Notes: generated by a model not told the origin, from the letters alone. Shown: positions 1-9,432, numbered from the stretch's first letter. The stretch: 64,000 bases of DNA from an uncultured Gammaproteobacteria bacterium (GCA_964538435.1 CAZIDX010000006.1:11923-75922), one strand, 5' to 3'. Translations and numbers: made by a program.

Positions 1-544
1 CGACCTGATCGTAGAGGCTCCGCAGTTTAGCGGGCTCCCAGACTTTGAGTTCCAGATCACACTACAGCGAGGCGTGCGCCGGAAGATGCGCGCATTCGCA
101 CTGGCAGCACTCACGGCCCAGGAACGTGGTGTGAGGGTGTACCTTGAGGTCTGGGCGAGCAGATGGAAGAAGCTGCGTGACATTGCTCGGCGTGTGGCGC
201 ATGCCATCCGCGACATCACGCGCTTTCGCAAGTTCAACGAGGATCGCTTGCTCGGCGTGCGTCTGCGCGCAGGCCGGAGCGTTCGTGGGCAAAAACTCGA
301 AACCTTTTCGATCATGCACCTGGTTGGTGACTGGGTGCGAGAAAAGCTCGAGGAGCGGCGCTTGATCACACAGGAGAAGGCTCGGCTTGAAGCAGAAGAG
401 CGGCTTCGCGCGCAAAAGCTTCGCCGGAACTTCCCTGCTCCGTCCCGAGGTCCACTGAGCCCCATGGACATCCCCATCCATCGCAGGTGGTTTGTGCCGC
501 GCTGCCACCCCAGGATGCACATGCCGATTCGCCAGCCTCGATAG
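1..544 (+). CDS. Hypothetical protein, 5'-truncated by the window edge
   Basis: The frame of ORF 74..544 stays open back to position 2 and is followed by a terminator hairpin. No family recognised. Confidence 0.6.
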   Translation, partial: DLIVEAPQFSGLPDFEFQITLQRGVRRKMRAFALAALTAQERGVRVYLEVWASRWKKLRDIARRVAHAIRDITRFRKFNEDRLLGVRLRAGRSVRGQKLETFSIMHLVGDWVREKLEERRLITQEKARLEAEERLRAQKLRRNFPAPSRGPLSPMDIPIHRRWFVPRCHPRMHMPIRQPR

Positions 545-552
545 GCAAACGC

Positions 553-577
553 AAAGAGACCCCGCAAGGTCTCTTTT
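553..577. terminator. Bidirectional intrinsic terminator
   Basis: AAAGAGACC-ccgcaa-GGTCTCTTT between convergent genes. Confidence 0.75.
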
Positions 578-585
578 CTAATTAT

Positions 586-1152
586 CTATTTTGAAATACG
601 CTCTGAGTACTCGCCTGTGTCTGTGTTTACTGTGATCTCGTCGCCTTGGTTGATGAATGCTGGGACTTTTACTTTGAGTCCGTTATCGAGCTCAGCGTCT
701 TTGTACACATTCCCTGATGCAGTGTCCCCTTTTACAGCTGGTTCTGTGTACGTGACTGCGTACTGAATTTTCATTGGGAGCACAACTGCCATTGCTCGCC
801 CATCATGCATCATGACTTTCACACCGAGGCCTTCTTTGAGGTATGGGACTTCTTCTTTTACATCTTCCGCAGCGATTGGAACCTGCTCGTATGTGACGGT
901 GTCCATGAATGTGTAGAGGTGCCCGTCATTGAACAGATATTGCATGTTCTTGTGCATGACATCTTCAAAGATCAGTTGCTCTGAGGACTTGAGATTCTCT
1001 TCATTTACTTTTCCGTTCTTGAGATTCTTCATTTTCGTTCGAACAAATGACGATCCTTTTCCTGGGCTCACGCGCTGGAAGTCTACAACGATCCAGAGGT
1101 CTCCATTTCGATTGATCACGGTTCCTTTCTTAATATCATTTGGGCTTGGCAT
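586..1152 (-). CDS. efp: Translation elongation factor P
   Basis: PGKG loop (VSPGKGSSFVRTK), YLF/FMD motifs and C-terminal PAVKGDTA...VKVPAFI..GD.I.VNT.TGEY.ER. Confidence 0.97.
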   Translation of the reverse strand: MPSPNDIKKGTVINRNGDLWIVVDFQRVSPGKGSSFVRTKMKNLKNGKVNEENLKSSEQLIFEDVMHKNMQYLFNDGHLYTFMDTVTYEQVPIAAEDVKEEVPYLKEGLGVKVMMHDGRAMAVVLPMKIQYAVTYTEPAVKGDTASGNVYKDAELDNGLKVKVPAFINQGDEITVNTDTGEYSERISK

Positions 1153-1161
1153 AAATACGTT

Positions 1162-2127
1162 TTATGTAAAAAGTTCTGATGCTGGAAACAGGAGCACATC
1201 ATTGATTGAAGCGCGCCCTGTAAGCACCATGTGGAGCCTGTCGATTCCAAGTGCATTTCCAAACGTTGGATTCTGAATCGATCCTAGCAGCTTAAGAAGC
1301 GTTTCGTCAATTGGAAACATGGTTTTTCCGAGCTCTTTTCGCTCTTTGGCCTCTTGATCGAATCTTGCGCGCTGCTCAGTTGGGTCCGTGAGCTCTGTAA
1401 ATCCATTGCAGAGCTCGAGTCCGTTCATGTAGAGCTCAAAGCGCTGACCAAAGTTTCCGTCAGGCGTGAGTGCTGCAAGCGCGGCTTGGTACTTGGGATA
1501 GTCATAGACAAAAATGTTTTTCCCTTTGAAGCACGGTTCGATCTTTGCAAGAAAGAGCCTGTAGAAGAGATCGCTCTCTGTATCATTTTCCTCAGTGTTG
1601 ATCTCCAGTCGCGCGCACGCATCACGCAAAGCGCTCTTGGTGGCGCTTTGCAGATCAATATCAGCATGCTGGAGGAATAGTTCTTGAAGGGTTTTTCGCT
1701 CAAAACCACCTGGAATATCAACATGTAGAGCCTTTGCGCAGCGGCGGATAATCTCTTCAGTCTGGTCCATGCATACGTGGTAGTCGTCTCCCTGTTGGTA
1801 CCACTCGAGCATTGAAAACTCTGGGTTGTGCTCTCCACCCATGCTTTCCATGTTGCGGAATACCTTTGTGATTGTGAACGTGCGCTGCAGACCAAGACCG
1901 AGGAGTTTTTTCATGGAGTACTCAGGGGATGTGATCAGCCCACTTAGAAACTCCTGGCCCGCTGGTTCTATCACCTTTGTCTCGAATGGAAACAGATTAG
2001 GCTCCATGCCGGGCGATGCGACCAAAAGAGGGGTCTCAACTTCAACTGAACCTAGCTCTGAGAGATAAGTTCGTATGGTGTTGTTAATTGTCTCGCGCTC
2101 TTTTGCGATCTGCTGAACGTTTTTCAT
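1162..2127 (-). CDS. epmA: EF-P lysyl ligase EpmA (GenX/PoxA), LysRS catalytic-domain paralog
   Basis: EVETPLL, LITSPEYSMKKLL, KVFRN.E..G.HNPEFSMLEWY, RFELYMNGLELCNGFTELTD and GNALGIDRL; no anticodon-binding domain; adjacent to efp. Start moved to ATG 2127 because the longer ORF overlaps rpsR. Confidence 0.93.
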   Translation of the reverse strand: MKNVQQIAKERETINNTIRTYLSELGSVEVETPLLVASPGMEPNLFPFETKVIEPAGQEFLSGLITSPEYSMKKLLGLGLQRTFTITKVFRNMESMGGEHNPEFSMLEWYQQGDDYHVCMDQTEEIIRRCAKALHVDIPGGFERKTLQELFLQHADIDLQSATKSALRDACARLEINTEENDTESDLFYRLFLAKIEPCFKGKNIFVYDYPKYQAALAALTPDGNFGQRFELYMNGLELCNGFTELTDPTEQRARFDQEAKERKELGKTMFPIDETLLKLLGSIQNPTFGNALGIDRLHMVLTGRASINDVLLFPASELFT

Positions 2128-2133
2128 AATCAA

Positions 2134-2157
2134 AAAGACGGGATCTCTCCCGCCTTT
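2134..2157 (-). terminator. Intrinsic terminator after rpsR
   Basis: Minus strand AAAGGCGGGA-gaga-TCCCGTCTTTTT. Confidence 0.65.
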
Positions 2158-2162
2158 CACTT

Positions 2163-2393
2163 TTACCTTTGTACGAATGGAAGAAGAGCCATGACTCGTG
2201 CTCGCTTGATTGCATTTGAGAGCTTTCTCTGATGCTCCATGCAAACGCCTGAGCGCTTTCGTGGAACAATCTTTGCAAACGAGGAGATGTATCGGCGCAG
2301 TGTCCCCACATCCTTGTAGTCGATGTGGTTTGTGTTTGAGTAGCAGAAGTAACACTGCTTGTTCTTCTTTGTTTGTGGCTTATTGTTTCGCAT
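2163..2393 (-). CDS. rpsR: 30S ribosomal protein bS18, Zn-binding (C+) form
   Basis: CYFC...[42 protein letters not shown]. Confidence 0.97.
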   Translation of the reverse strand: MRNNKPQTKKNKQCYFCYSNTNHIDYKDVGTLRRYISSFAKIVPRKRSGVCMEHQRKLSNAIKRARVMALLPFVQR

Positions 2394-2401
2394 ACTTGTT
2401 T

Positions 2402-2881
2402 TTAGAATGGGATGTCCTCAACTTTGATCTCGTCATCTGCATTCACAGCTGGATCGTCCTGCGTCGGAGGCTGTGGAGGAGTGAATCCGCCACCTTGATT
2501 TCCAAATGGTGCTGGCGCTGCTGCTGGAGCTGCTGTGCCACCTCCACCAGGTCGGCGATCTAGGATGATCATATTTTCTGCAACGATTTCTGTTCGGTAT
2601 CGCTTCACACCGTCTTGACCGTCCCAATCACGTGTCTGCAAACGTCCATCAATGTAGACCTTGCGTCCTTTGGTGAGGTACTGGCCACAGATCTCTGCAA
2701 GTTTGCCCCAAGCCACGATGTTGTGGAACTCAGATGCTTCCTGCTTTTGCCCATCAGCACTTTGCCATGAGCGGTTGGTTGCAACAGAGAAGTTGCATAC
2801 CTGCTGACCAGATGGGGTCTGCCGCATTTCTGGGTCCCTGGTCATGTTTCCGATGATCATTGCCTTGTTGAGTGAGTACAT
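2402..2881 (-). CDS. ssb: Single-stranded DNA-binding protein
   Basis: [17 protein letters not shown]-fold motifs, acidic C-terminal EDIPF tail; rpsF-ssb-rpsR gene order. Confidence 0.97.
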   Translation of the reverse strand: MYSLNKAMIIGNMTRDPEMRQTPSGQQVCNFSVATNRSWQSADGQKQEASEFHNIVAWGKLAEICGQYLTKGRKVYIDGRLQTRDWDGQDGVKRYRTEIVAENMIILDRRPGGGGTAAPAAAPAPFGNQGGGFTPPQPPTQDDPAVNADDEIKVEDIPF

Positions 2882-2892
2882 AATCCCTAATG

Positions 2893-3489
2893 TTAAATGT
2901 TATCTCCAATGTCTCCTTCGAGAATCTTGTCGAGTTGCTGATCGAGCTCTTGCATCGTCATCTTTGACTCTTCAGCTGTCTTTTCTGCTGGAGCTGGAGG
3001 GGCGATTGCCTCTGCCTTTTCTTCAGCAGGTTTTTCCTCAACAACTTTCTCCTCAACCTTTTCAGGGGCTGGGGTTGCCACTGGAGCTGGAGCTGGTTTT
3101 GTATCCTTGATTGGTGTCTCTTTTGCTTTAGGGGTTGCGCGCTTTCCTTCTGGTGTCAGAGGGGCTACGTAATCTGAGATCTCGAACTGAGCTTCCTCAA
3201 CTCCTTCAGGTCGATCAACAATTGTGTGTCTGAGGACCTCATCTGAGAGTCGGAGGAGTCGGTCGAGCTCTGCGATCTCACTTCCGTCTGCGTCAAAGTA
3301 GACGAGGATGTAAGATCCGTGCTGGACCTTGTTAATGGTGTAGGCGAGTTTGATCTTTCCGAGAATTTCATTTCGGATGATCTTCCCACCAGTCTTCTCG
3401 ACGAGCGCAGCGATCTGTTCTTGGATCGAACTGATTTCTGTATCAGTGTATTGCGCTGGTACGATGTAGAGAAGTTCGTACTTTTGCAT
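2893..3489 (-). CDS. rpsF: 30S ribosomal protein bS6 with long Pro/Ala/Glu-rich C-terminal extension
   Basis: KYELLYIV, GKIKLAYTINK..G.Y, ELDRLLRLSDEVLRH; gene order. Confidence 0.95.
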   Translation of the reverse strand: MQKYELLYIVPAQYTDTEISSIQEQIAALVEKTGGKIIRNEILGKIKLAYTINKVQHGSYILVYFDADGSEIAELDRLLRLSDEVLRHTIVDRPEGVEEAQFEISDYVAPLTPEGKRATPKAKETPIKDTKPAPAPVATPAPEKVEEKVVEEKPAEEKAEAIAPPAPAEKTAEESKMTMQELDQQLDKILEGDIGDNI

Positions 3490-3611
3490 AATTTCTGGCC
3501 TGATTTCTCTTCAGGCAATCCATATTTGGACTATGGACAGATTAGTTTATTAGCGCGCTAATCCTAGCGATGTTTGGTAAAAAAGTCAAGATTGGGGCAC
3601 AATAGGTCTAT

Positions 3612-4784
3612 ATGATTTATGTTATCTCTGGCGCACAGCCTGAACTGACTCGAAAAGAGCTTGAATCCGTGCTCAAAACCGACCTTTCAGACAGCTTTGA
3701 TTCTGGTTCGGTTCTTTTGCTGGATATTGAAACAAAGAACCTAACCTTCTTGCAAGACAGGCTTGCTGGCATTGTGAAAATTGGCCATGTGATTGGGGAA
3801 CTTGATGAGTGGGACGAGAACGCAGCTGCAGAACTTATTGCTGCGAGCGCGAGTGGTGCCATGGGAAAGAACAAGATTAGTTTTGGGATCAGTGTGTATG
3901 ATCTTGGAAACAGCAAGCGCACGCGAGAGCTTGAGGGTGAGATTGATTCGCTTGGCGGTTCTGTGAAACGCTTCTTAAAAGAGAGCGGTCGGCCTGTTCG
4001 CTATGTGACGAGCAAGGAACCTCGTCTGTCATCAGCTATTGTGGAAACAAATGGACTGCTCCTCTCAGGTGGAGAGTATGTGCTCTTGGTTGGGCCTGAC
4101 TCGATCTTGATTGGGCAGACAGAAGCGGTGCAGGATTTTAAAGCGTGGGGAGATCGCGACTATGGACGACCCAAGCGAGACAAACGCTCTGGCATGCTTC
4201 CACCAAAACTTGCGCGGATGATGATCAACCTTTCTGGTATTGAGCCTGAGGGGCATTCCATTATGGATCCGTTTTGTGGATCTGGTACCGTGCTTATGGA
4301 AGCGCAGCTGATGGGGTTTGAAAAGATTGTTGGGAGCGACATCTCAGAGAGAGCCACAGCAGATACAAAGAAGAACATGAATTGGATGACACGGCACTTT
4401 GAGCTTGCGCCTCCAGACCTTGAGCTCTTTACCACACCGGCAGCAACGCTTGTAGAGCAGTATTCTGAGCCAGTGGATGTGATTGTTGCAGAGGTGTTCC
4501 TTGGAACTCCGCGTGTGAGAACGATTGAAAAGGATGAGGCAGCGTCGATTAGGACAGAGCTTATGGGGATGTTTGAAGAATCGTTTGAAGGACTCAAGAC
4601 GTTTTTCAAAGACGAGACCATGGCTGTGGTTGCGTTCCCGGCATACAAGCAAACAGACGGGAACTGGTATCGGCTGCCTATTGGGGAAATGCTTGAGAAG
4701 CTTGGATTCAACGTAACAGATAATGTTCTATATTTCCGTGACAAGCAGTTTGTTGCGCGAGATATCTATACCTTCACAAAATAA
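3612..4784 (+). CDS. Trm11/Trm14-like SAM-dependent RNA (tRNA m2G) methyltransferase
   Basis: GMLPPKLARMMINL, DPFCGSGTVLMEA and GSDIS motifs; N-terminal THUMP-like region. Confidence 0.8.
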   Translation: MIYVISGAQPELTRKELESVLKTDLSDSFDSGSVLLLDIETKNLTFLQDRLAGIVKIGHVIGELDEWDENAAAELIAASASGAMGKNKISFGISVYDLGNSKRTRELEGEIDSLGGSVKRFLKESGRPVRYVTSKEPRLSSAIVETNGLLLSGGEYVLLVGPDSILIGQTEAVQDFKAWGDRDYGRPKRDKRSGMLPPKLARMMINLSGIEPEGHSIMDPFCGSGTVLMEAQLMGFEKIVGSDISERATADTKKNMNWMTRHFELAPPDLELFTTPAATLVEQYSEPVDVIVAEVFLGTPRVRTIEKDEAASIRTELMGMFEESFEGLKTFFKDETMAVVAFPAYKQTDGNWYRLPIGEMLEKLGFNVTDNVLYFRDKQFVARDIYTFTK

Positions 4785-4787
4785 TCA

Positions 4788-4816
4788 AAAAACTCGAGTG
4801 TACTGCTCGAGTTTTT
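4788..4816. terminator. Bidirectional terminator
   Basis: AAAAACTCGAG-tgtactg-CTCGAGTTTTT between convergent genes. Confidence 0.75.
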
Positions 4817-4824
4817 GGTTTGGT

Positions 4825-5901
4825 TTAGGTGCTGATGCGGAAGTGGCAGACGTCGCCGTCTTGCACTACGTAGTCTTTTCCTTCGATACGCTGCTTTCCT
4901 GCGTCGCGAGCTCCAACTTCTCCACCGAGCTCAACAAAATCTTTGTACTCGATCACTTCTGCTCGGATGAATCCTTTTTCAAAGTCTGTATGAATCACTC
5001 CTGCAGCCTCTGGTGCTGCTGCTCCGCGCGGGACGGTCCAGGCTCGGGTTTCTTTTTCTCCAGTTGTTAGGTAGGTGATGAGGTCGAGGAGCTCGTAACA
5101 TTTTTTGATCAAACGATTTAATCCTGATCGCTCGAGCCCGAGCTCTTTGAGGAACTCGGTTTGCTCATCAGAACTCATCTCTGCGATCTCGCTTTCGAGC
5201 TTTACGCTCACAGGGATTGCCATGCGCTCTGCTCCCAGTGGGCTGGTCCAGGCTTTGTCTACTGCGGCTTCCTCGTCAACGTTTACGATGTAGAGGATTG
5301 GCTTGTTTGTGAGAAGGTTTACTTCGCGAACAAGTTTTTTCTCTTCGTCTGTGAGCTCAACGAGATTTGCCATCTTCCCCTGCTCGAGAACCTCGAGCCA
5401 GCGTGTGAGTATTGATTCTTCTGCTTCTAGTTCTTTTGTTTTTCCTGATTTCATTTTTCCATGAACGCTCTCGAGTCTTTTGCTGACTGTGCTCATGTCT
5501 GCCATAGCCAGCTCGATCTCGATTGTCTCCACATCGCTTGCTGGATCGATCTTTGCTTCTACGTGATGCACGTTCTCGTCGTGGAAGGCACGGACGACGT
5601 GTACGATCATGTCTACTTCTCGGATGTTGGCTAGGAATTTATTTCCAAGTCCCTCGCCTTTGTGCGCGCCTTTGACGAGACCTGCGATGTCCACGAACTC
5701 GATTGCTGTTGGGATGGTTTTTTCTGATTTTGACATCTCTGCGAGCACTGCTAGACGCTCGTCTGGCACCTCAACAACACCGACATTTGGTTCGATGGTG
5801 CAGAACGGAAAGTTCTCGCAGTCTACCTGCTTTTTTGTGAGTGTTTTAAACAATGTGGACTTTCCCACGTTTGGGAGCCCTACGATTCCAACTTGTAACA
5901 T
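4825..5901 (-). CDS. ychF: Redox-regulated ATPase YchF (Obg family)
   Basis: [46 protein letters not shown] and C-terminal TGS domain. Start at ATG 5901, 9 nt after a TCGACA-17-TATACT promoter. Confidence 0.97.
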   Translation of the reverse strand: MLQVGIVGLPNVGKSTLFKTLTKKQVDCENFPFCTIEPNVGVVEVPDERLAVLAEMSKSEKTIPTAIEFVDIAGLVKGAHKGEGLGNKFLANIREVDMIVHVVRAFHDENVHHVEAKIDPASDVETIEIELAMADMSTVSKRLESVHGKMKSGKTKELEAEESILTRWLEVLEQGKMANLVELTDEEKKLVREVNLLTNKPILYIVNVDEEAAVDKAWTSPLGAERMAIPVSVKLESEIAEMSSDEQTEFLKELGLERSGLNRLIKKCYELLDLITYLTTGEKETRAWTVPRGAAAPEAAGVIHTDFEKGFIRAEVIEYKDFVELGGEVGARDAGKQRIEGKDYVVQDGDVCHFRIST

Positions 5902-5988
5902 ACGCGGCTGAGTATAGCCGAGAAAGCCCGCTGTGTCGAGATTGGGAATGGAGAAACTCTTGGATTGAAACCTGTTCGCAAGAGATAA

Positions 5989-6034
5989 AAAGTGACTCAA
6001 AACTCTCACCATGGTGAGGGATTTGAGTCACTTT
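5989..6034 (-). terminator. Long hairpin/terminator
   Basis: AAAGTGACTCAAA..CTCACC-AT-GGTGAG..TTTGAGTCACTTT; followed by a T run on the minus strand. Confidence 0.65.
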
Positions 6035-6233
6035 GCCTTAATCAGCCTTTAAATTCTTTGATTTTCTTTGACTTTAGAACGCTCGACTTTTTTCAGACAA
6101 AATAAAAACCTCGGCACAAGCGGATGCACCCAGGGGAGAAACTGTTCTTGTTTTTAGGGTACGTGCACCTTGACCGCCTGTCAAGTCATGAGAAAAGCCC
6201 ACCATCTAGGCGGGCTGCGTGAAGCTTGATACG

Positions 6234-7379
6234 TCAGAGCTTTCTGATCTGTTCGAGCATCTTTTTCATTCTGTGCTCGAACGGGATGTTTTGCGGTGTG
6301 TTGGTGAACACCAGATACTCCCCAAAGTGATCACGTTTGATCACAGATTCGAGGCGAGCGACCTTTTGTCGAGCTGACCATTGCACTTTGAGTACGTCAG
6401 CGATCTGATCTGGGCGCAGGTGACGCTTGTGCAGGAACCGCCGCGCATCTTCATCCCCTTGGACACGAACCACGATGACGCGGTTGTTGACCAGACCCAT
6501 CATGTCCATCTCAACGAGCTGAGCCCACTCGAGAATCGCGACTCCGCGCAACCCCTTGAGCCTTGCTCGGAGCAGGCGCATGACATGTGGCTTGGTGATC
6601 TCTTCGAGCTGAGCGCGACGCTCGTCTGCCTGGGCTGAGCCAAACAGTCGTTGGCGCATGAGCGCTCGGTCAAGCACGTCATCCACGAGCACGTCCGCAC
6701 CCAGAAGCTCTGCGATGCGCTGCCTGGCCAACTTGGCGCCATGTGTCTGCTCGGCATAGAGATCGTGCACGAGCTTATCCACGTTGATGTGAGTGCCGCC
6801 CAGTTGCGAAGCTAGGCGCTCGGCCACGTAGCTCTTGCCAGTTGCGATGCCGCCAGTGATACCGATCAGGGTGAGGTTATGGATCCGCTGCTCGAGCGCA
6901 ACCTTGACGTGCAAGGGAACGAACTCAGACACATCGATCCCGATCTCTACAAAGCCTTTGACCTGGCTTGAGGAGACGTACTTGAGCTCCTGGCGGGCAG
7001 GGATGTACTCGACGCAGTCCCCATACCCCTGAAGGACCATGTTGTTGAGACCCTTCTGCTCTTCCTCGTAACCCTCATCGACATCGTTTCGCACGCCACG
7101 GAAGACCACATCGATCCCCAGACGCAGGAACTCGTCCACGAGCAGGCCGCTTGAGGAGATGACGAAGATACCAAACTCATCCTTGAGAGCTTCGGCAGCC
7201 ATATGCATGCGCTCATCGAGTGTGAACATGTAGCGACCGATCTTGGTCTCGCTGTTCATGATGACCACAAAGAGGGTCTTGCAGCGCGCCTTGGCCTTGC
7301 GGATCACATCGATATGACCGTTGGTGATGGGGTCGCCGCTGATGGGCACCATTCCTCTCTCGAACGTGAACGTGGGCAT
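6234..7379 (-). CDS. Fused phosphopantetheine adenylyltransferase / dephospho-CoA kinase (CoaD-CoaE)
   Basis: N-half has DPITNGHIDVI (TxGH), RGVR..D..YE and VSSSQVK. C-half has LIGITGGIATGKS Walker A, DKLVHDLY, LDRALMR and LEEITKPHV. GGGAGG SD precedes ATG 7379. Confidence 0.88.
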   Translation of the reverse strand: MPTFTFERGMVPISGDPITNGHIDVIRKAKARCKTLFVVIMNSETKIGRYMFTLDERMHMAAEALKDEFGIFVISSSGLLVDEFLRLGIDVVFRGVRNDVDEGYEEEQKGLNNMVLQGYGDCVEYIPARQELKYVSSSQVKGFVEIGIDVSEFVPLHVKVALEQRIHNLTLIGITGGIATGKSYVAERLASQLGGTHINVDKLVHDLYAEQTHGAKLARQRIAELLGADVLVDDVLDRALMRQRLFGSAQADERRAQLEEITKPHVMRLLRARLKGLRGVAILEWAQLVEMDMMGLVNNRVIVVRVQGDEDARRFLHKRHLRPDQIADVLKVQWSARQKVARLESVIKRDHFGEYLVFTNTPQNIPFEHRMKKMLEQIRKL

Positions 7380-7414
7380 TTCGCCTCCCAAGGTTTTGAG
7401 TTCACCAGATCGGG

Positions 7415-7443
7415 AGCATAGGCCAAAAAGACAGTTTTGTCAA
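7415..7443 (-). promoter_or_regulatory. Sigma70-type promoter of the coaD-coaE fusion
   Basis: TTGACA-17 nt-TATGCT. Confidence 0.7.
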
Positions 7444-7460
7444 TAGAAATACTCCGGTTT

Positions 7461-8270
7461 TTAGCCGGAGTCGTTGAGGAGATCCTTCTGGGGAACACGA
7501 GGACTTCTCATGAGCGAGGGAAAACGCTCGGTGATGCGCAGTTGCTTCGCAATCTTCTGGTGGCTGATCGAGGCAACCTCACCCAAGATCTCTTTGTCGA
7601 CCTCGGCGACGATTGCGATCACCTGCTCGTACAGCGCTTTTGAGATCACATTGTTTGACTTGCATCCGCCGAGCATGACGGAGATAAAGTTGATACCTCC
7701 ATCTGTTCGCCTCTGGAGCGTGAGCTTGTGTGGGATACTTGCTGCCTTGTCCCAAACAAGAACAGGGGCATCCTCGATCTTTTGCTCGTCTTTGATCTCG
7801 AAGCTATGATCAAAATCGATGAAGAGCGGCTCGATGCGATGCGAGCTCCAAACCTTGCGCTTGAGGTAGTCGAGGAAGGCGAAGCGGAGCGCTTTACGCA
7901 CAAAGACATCGAGTTCTTCTTGGGTGGGAAAGCCTTCCATCACGCGGCGGAGGCCATCAACTTCCTGAAGGAGGTTTCTCTGAATGAATGCTACAGGCAC
8001 ACCCAAGGTTGGTGCGGGCGTCTCTTGCGCGTGCGAGACTTCGACTTGACCGCCCTCACCCACCTGGAAGAGGTACTCCCCTTCACCGAGCCCAGGCAGG
8101 AGTCCATTGTACATGAATCCGATGAGCCATCTCCACTGCTCGAGCTCCATGGGAGCCGAGCACTCGAAGTGCTGCTTGACCTGCTCTTCTTCGGTGTAGC
8201 AGGAGATACGAAACCAGAACTCGAGCTGGTCGACATCGAACGGAGGTCCGAAGTTCACGTCCTTGGACAT
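7461..8270 (-). CDS. Hypothetical protein, paralog A of tandem orphan family
   Basis: Clearly similar to 9433..10188 (VDQLEFWF, FECS.PM, ALRFAFLDYL, HRIEPLF, KLTL.RR.DGGI). Confidence 0.85.
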   Translation of the reverse strand: MSKDVNFGPPFDVDQLEFWFRISCYTEEEQVKQHFECSAPMELEQWRWLIGFMYNGLLPGLGEGEYLFQVGEGGQVEVSHAQETPAPTLGVPVAFIQRNLLQEVDGLRRVMEGFPTQEELDVFVRKALRFAFLDYLKRKVWSSHRIEPLFIDFDHSFEIKDEQKIEDAPVLVWDKAASIPHKLTLQRRTDGGINFISVMLGGCKSNNVISKALYEQVIAIVAEVDKEILGEVASISHQKIAKQLRITERFPSLMRSPRVPQKDLLNDSG

Positions 8271-8287
8271 GAATCACTTGATTCCTT

Positions 8288-8321
8288 TATGGCACTTGGT
8301 CGCTGCCGGGGCCATATCCGG
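8288..8321 (-). promoter_or_regulatory. 5'-leader H-type pseudoknot, copy A
   Basis: CCGG-A-UAUGGC-C-CCGG, 12 nt, GCCAUA, then AAGGA. Confidence 0.7.
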
Positions 8322-8355
8322 GAATAAAACTTGCGATTCGTAGTTGTTTTTGTCA

Positions 8356-8377
8356 ATTCCGACGCTTCGGTCGGAAT
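8356..8377. repeat. REP-like hairpin (ATYCCGAC family)
   Basis: ATTCCGAC-gcttcg-GTCGGAAT; related copies at 14462, 43898 and 50845. Confidence 0.7.
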
Positions 8378-8431
8378 GTATTGAAAAAGCCCGACTCTGG
8401 AGAGAGGGGCTGCGTTGAGCTTGAGATGAGG

Positions 8432-9298
8432 CTAGGGCTTCCCCCTGCCTTCTTCCTTGTTGAAGAGACGCTCGAGGATGTCTGCGGCCTGACCAACCCC
8501 TCCGTCAGGGAAGGCAAGCATGACCTCATCAGCCACGGTTGGACGCCGCTTCTTGATGTGAGCACTCAGCCGCTCTGCGGCGCACTCGGCCAGGAACGGG
8601 CTGAACCAGCCGCTTTGGATCTGCTTGCCAGGCCTGCGATAGGCGACCAGGACCGCACGATCCTTGCCAGAACCTTCCATATCGACCAGGAGCTGCCCGG
8701 TGCTGAACACATCTTGCATGCTTGTGCTGGGCGGCTGCCCTGGGCGGCCGAGCGAGAGGATACGCTCCACTGACACTGGCTTGACCGGGATCACTGGAAG
8801 CGGGGCGTGAGGAAGCTCGGGGTCAGCGTAGGTGATGCGCCCGCCACAGCTTTCTGCTGCTCGGTGCATGCACCAGACATCTGCGACTTGCTCGGCAATG
8901 CGCTTGAAGTTCTCTAGACTGGGGAATCGGATCAGGGACACTACGAGCTCGGTGTGGAGCCCCCGCATGCTCGGCTCGATCGCTTGCATGAAGGGATCTG
9001 CACCTCCTTCGGGCATGTTGCACTCGATCGGATCGAACTGGATCTCATCGGCGCGGACCGTGATACAGAACGTTCCCATGGGGTGTGGCGCCTTCAGGCG
9101 AGTGCGCAGAGCCTTGAAGTAGCTGTTCCAGTCCATCTCGTCGGAGATGGGTGGATTGCTCTCGACTGAGACGATCACTTCACCACCCGCACCAACGAGC
9201 GTCCCGATCTTGAGAACGATCTCAAGGCTGTTTGGGCACAGTGGCGGGGAAACGGTCTCGAAGTTGACATCTGTCGAAAGGAAGGTGCGCTTGGGCAT
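8432..9298 (-). CDS. Hypothetical protein, paralog B of tandem orphan family
   Basis: Similar to 10314..11105 (DV.F, ESNPP..(D/E)..DW, P.G.(F/Y), FP..E). Start placed at ATG 9298 by alignment of leaders. Confidence 0.8.
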   Translation of the reverse strand: MPKRTFLSTDVNFETVSPPLCPNSLEIVLKIGTLVGAGGEVIVSVESNPPISDEMDWNSYFKALRTRLKAPHPMGTFCITVRADEIQFDPIECNMPEGGADPFMQAIEPSMRGLHTELVVSLIRFPSLENFKRIAEQVADVWCMHRAAESCGGRITYADPELPHAPLPVIPVKPVSVERILSLGRPGQPPSTSMQDVFSTGQLLVDMEGSGKDRAVLVAYRRPGKQIQSGWFSPFLAECAAERLSAHIKKRRPTVADEVMLAFPDGGVGQAADILERLFNKEEGRGKP

Positions 9299-9314
9299 CT
9301 TGTCTTCTGGCCTT

Positions 9315-9386
9315 TGTGACACTTGGAGGCTTTGCCGGGGTCACATCCGGGTCGATCAATCTATCAAGAAGTCGGCTCTGTGTCAA
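9315..9386 (-). promoter_or_regulatory. Promoter plus 5'-leader pseudoknot, copy B
   Basis: TTGACA-17-TAGATT, then CCGG-A-UGUGAC-C-CCGG, 14 nt, GUCACA, AAGG. Confidence 0.72.
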
Positions 9387-9432
9387 TTGAAAACTCCGGA
9401 GGTTAACCGGAGTCGTTGGGTCGTCTCATGAG

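Noticed and set aside
1162-2355. Long N-terminal extensions given by the ORF track for epmA, ychF, 14648, 54054 and pnp
   Set aside because: They overlap neighbouring genes, terminators or promoters. Downstream ATGs match family starts and -10 spacing.
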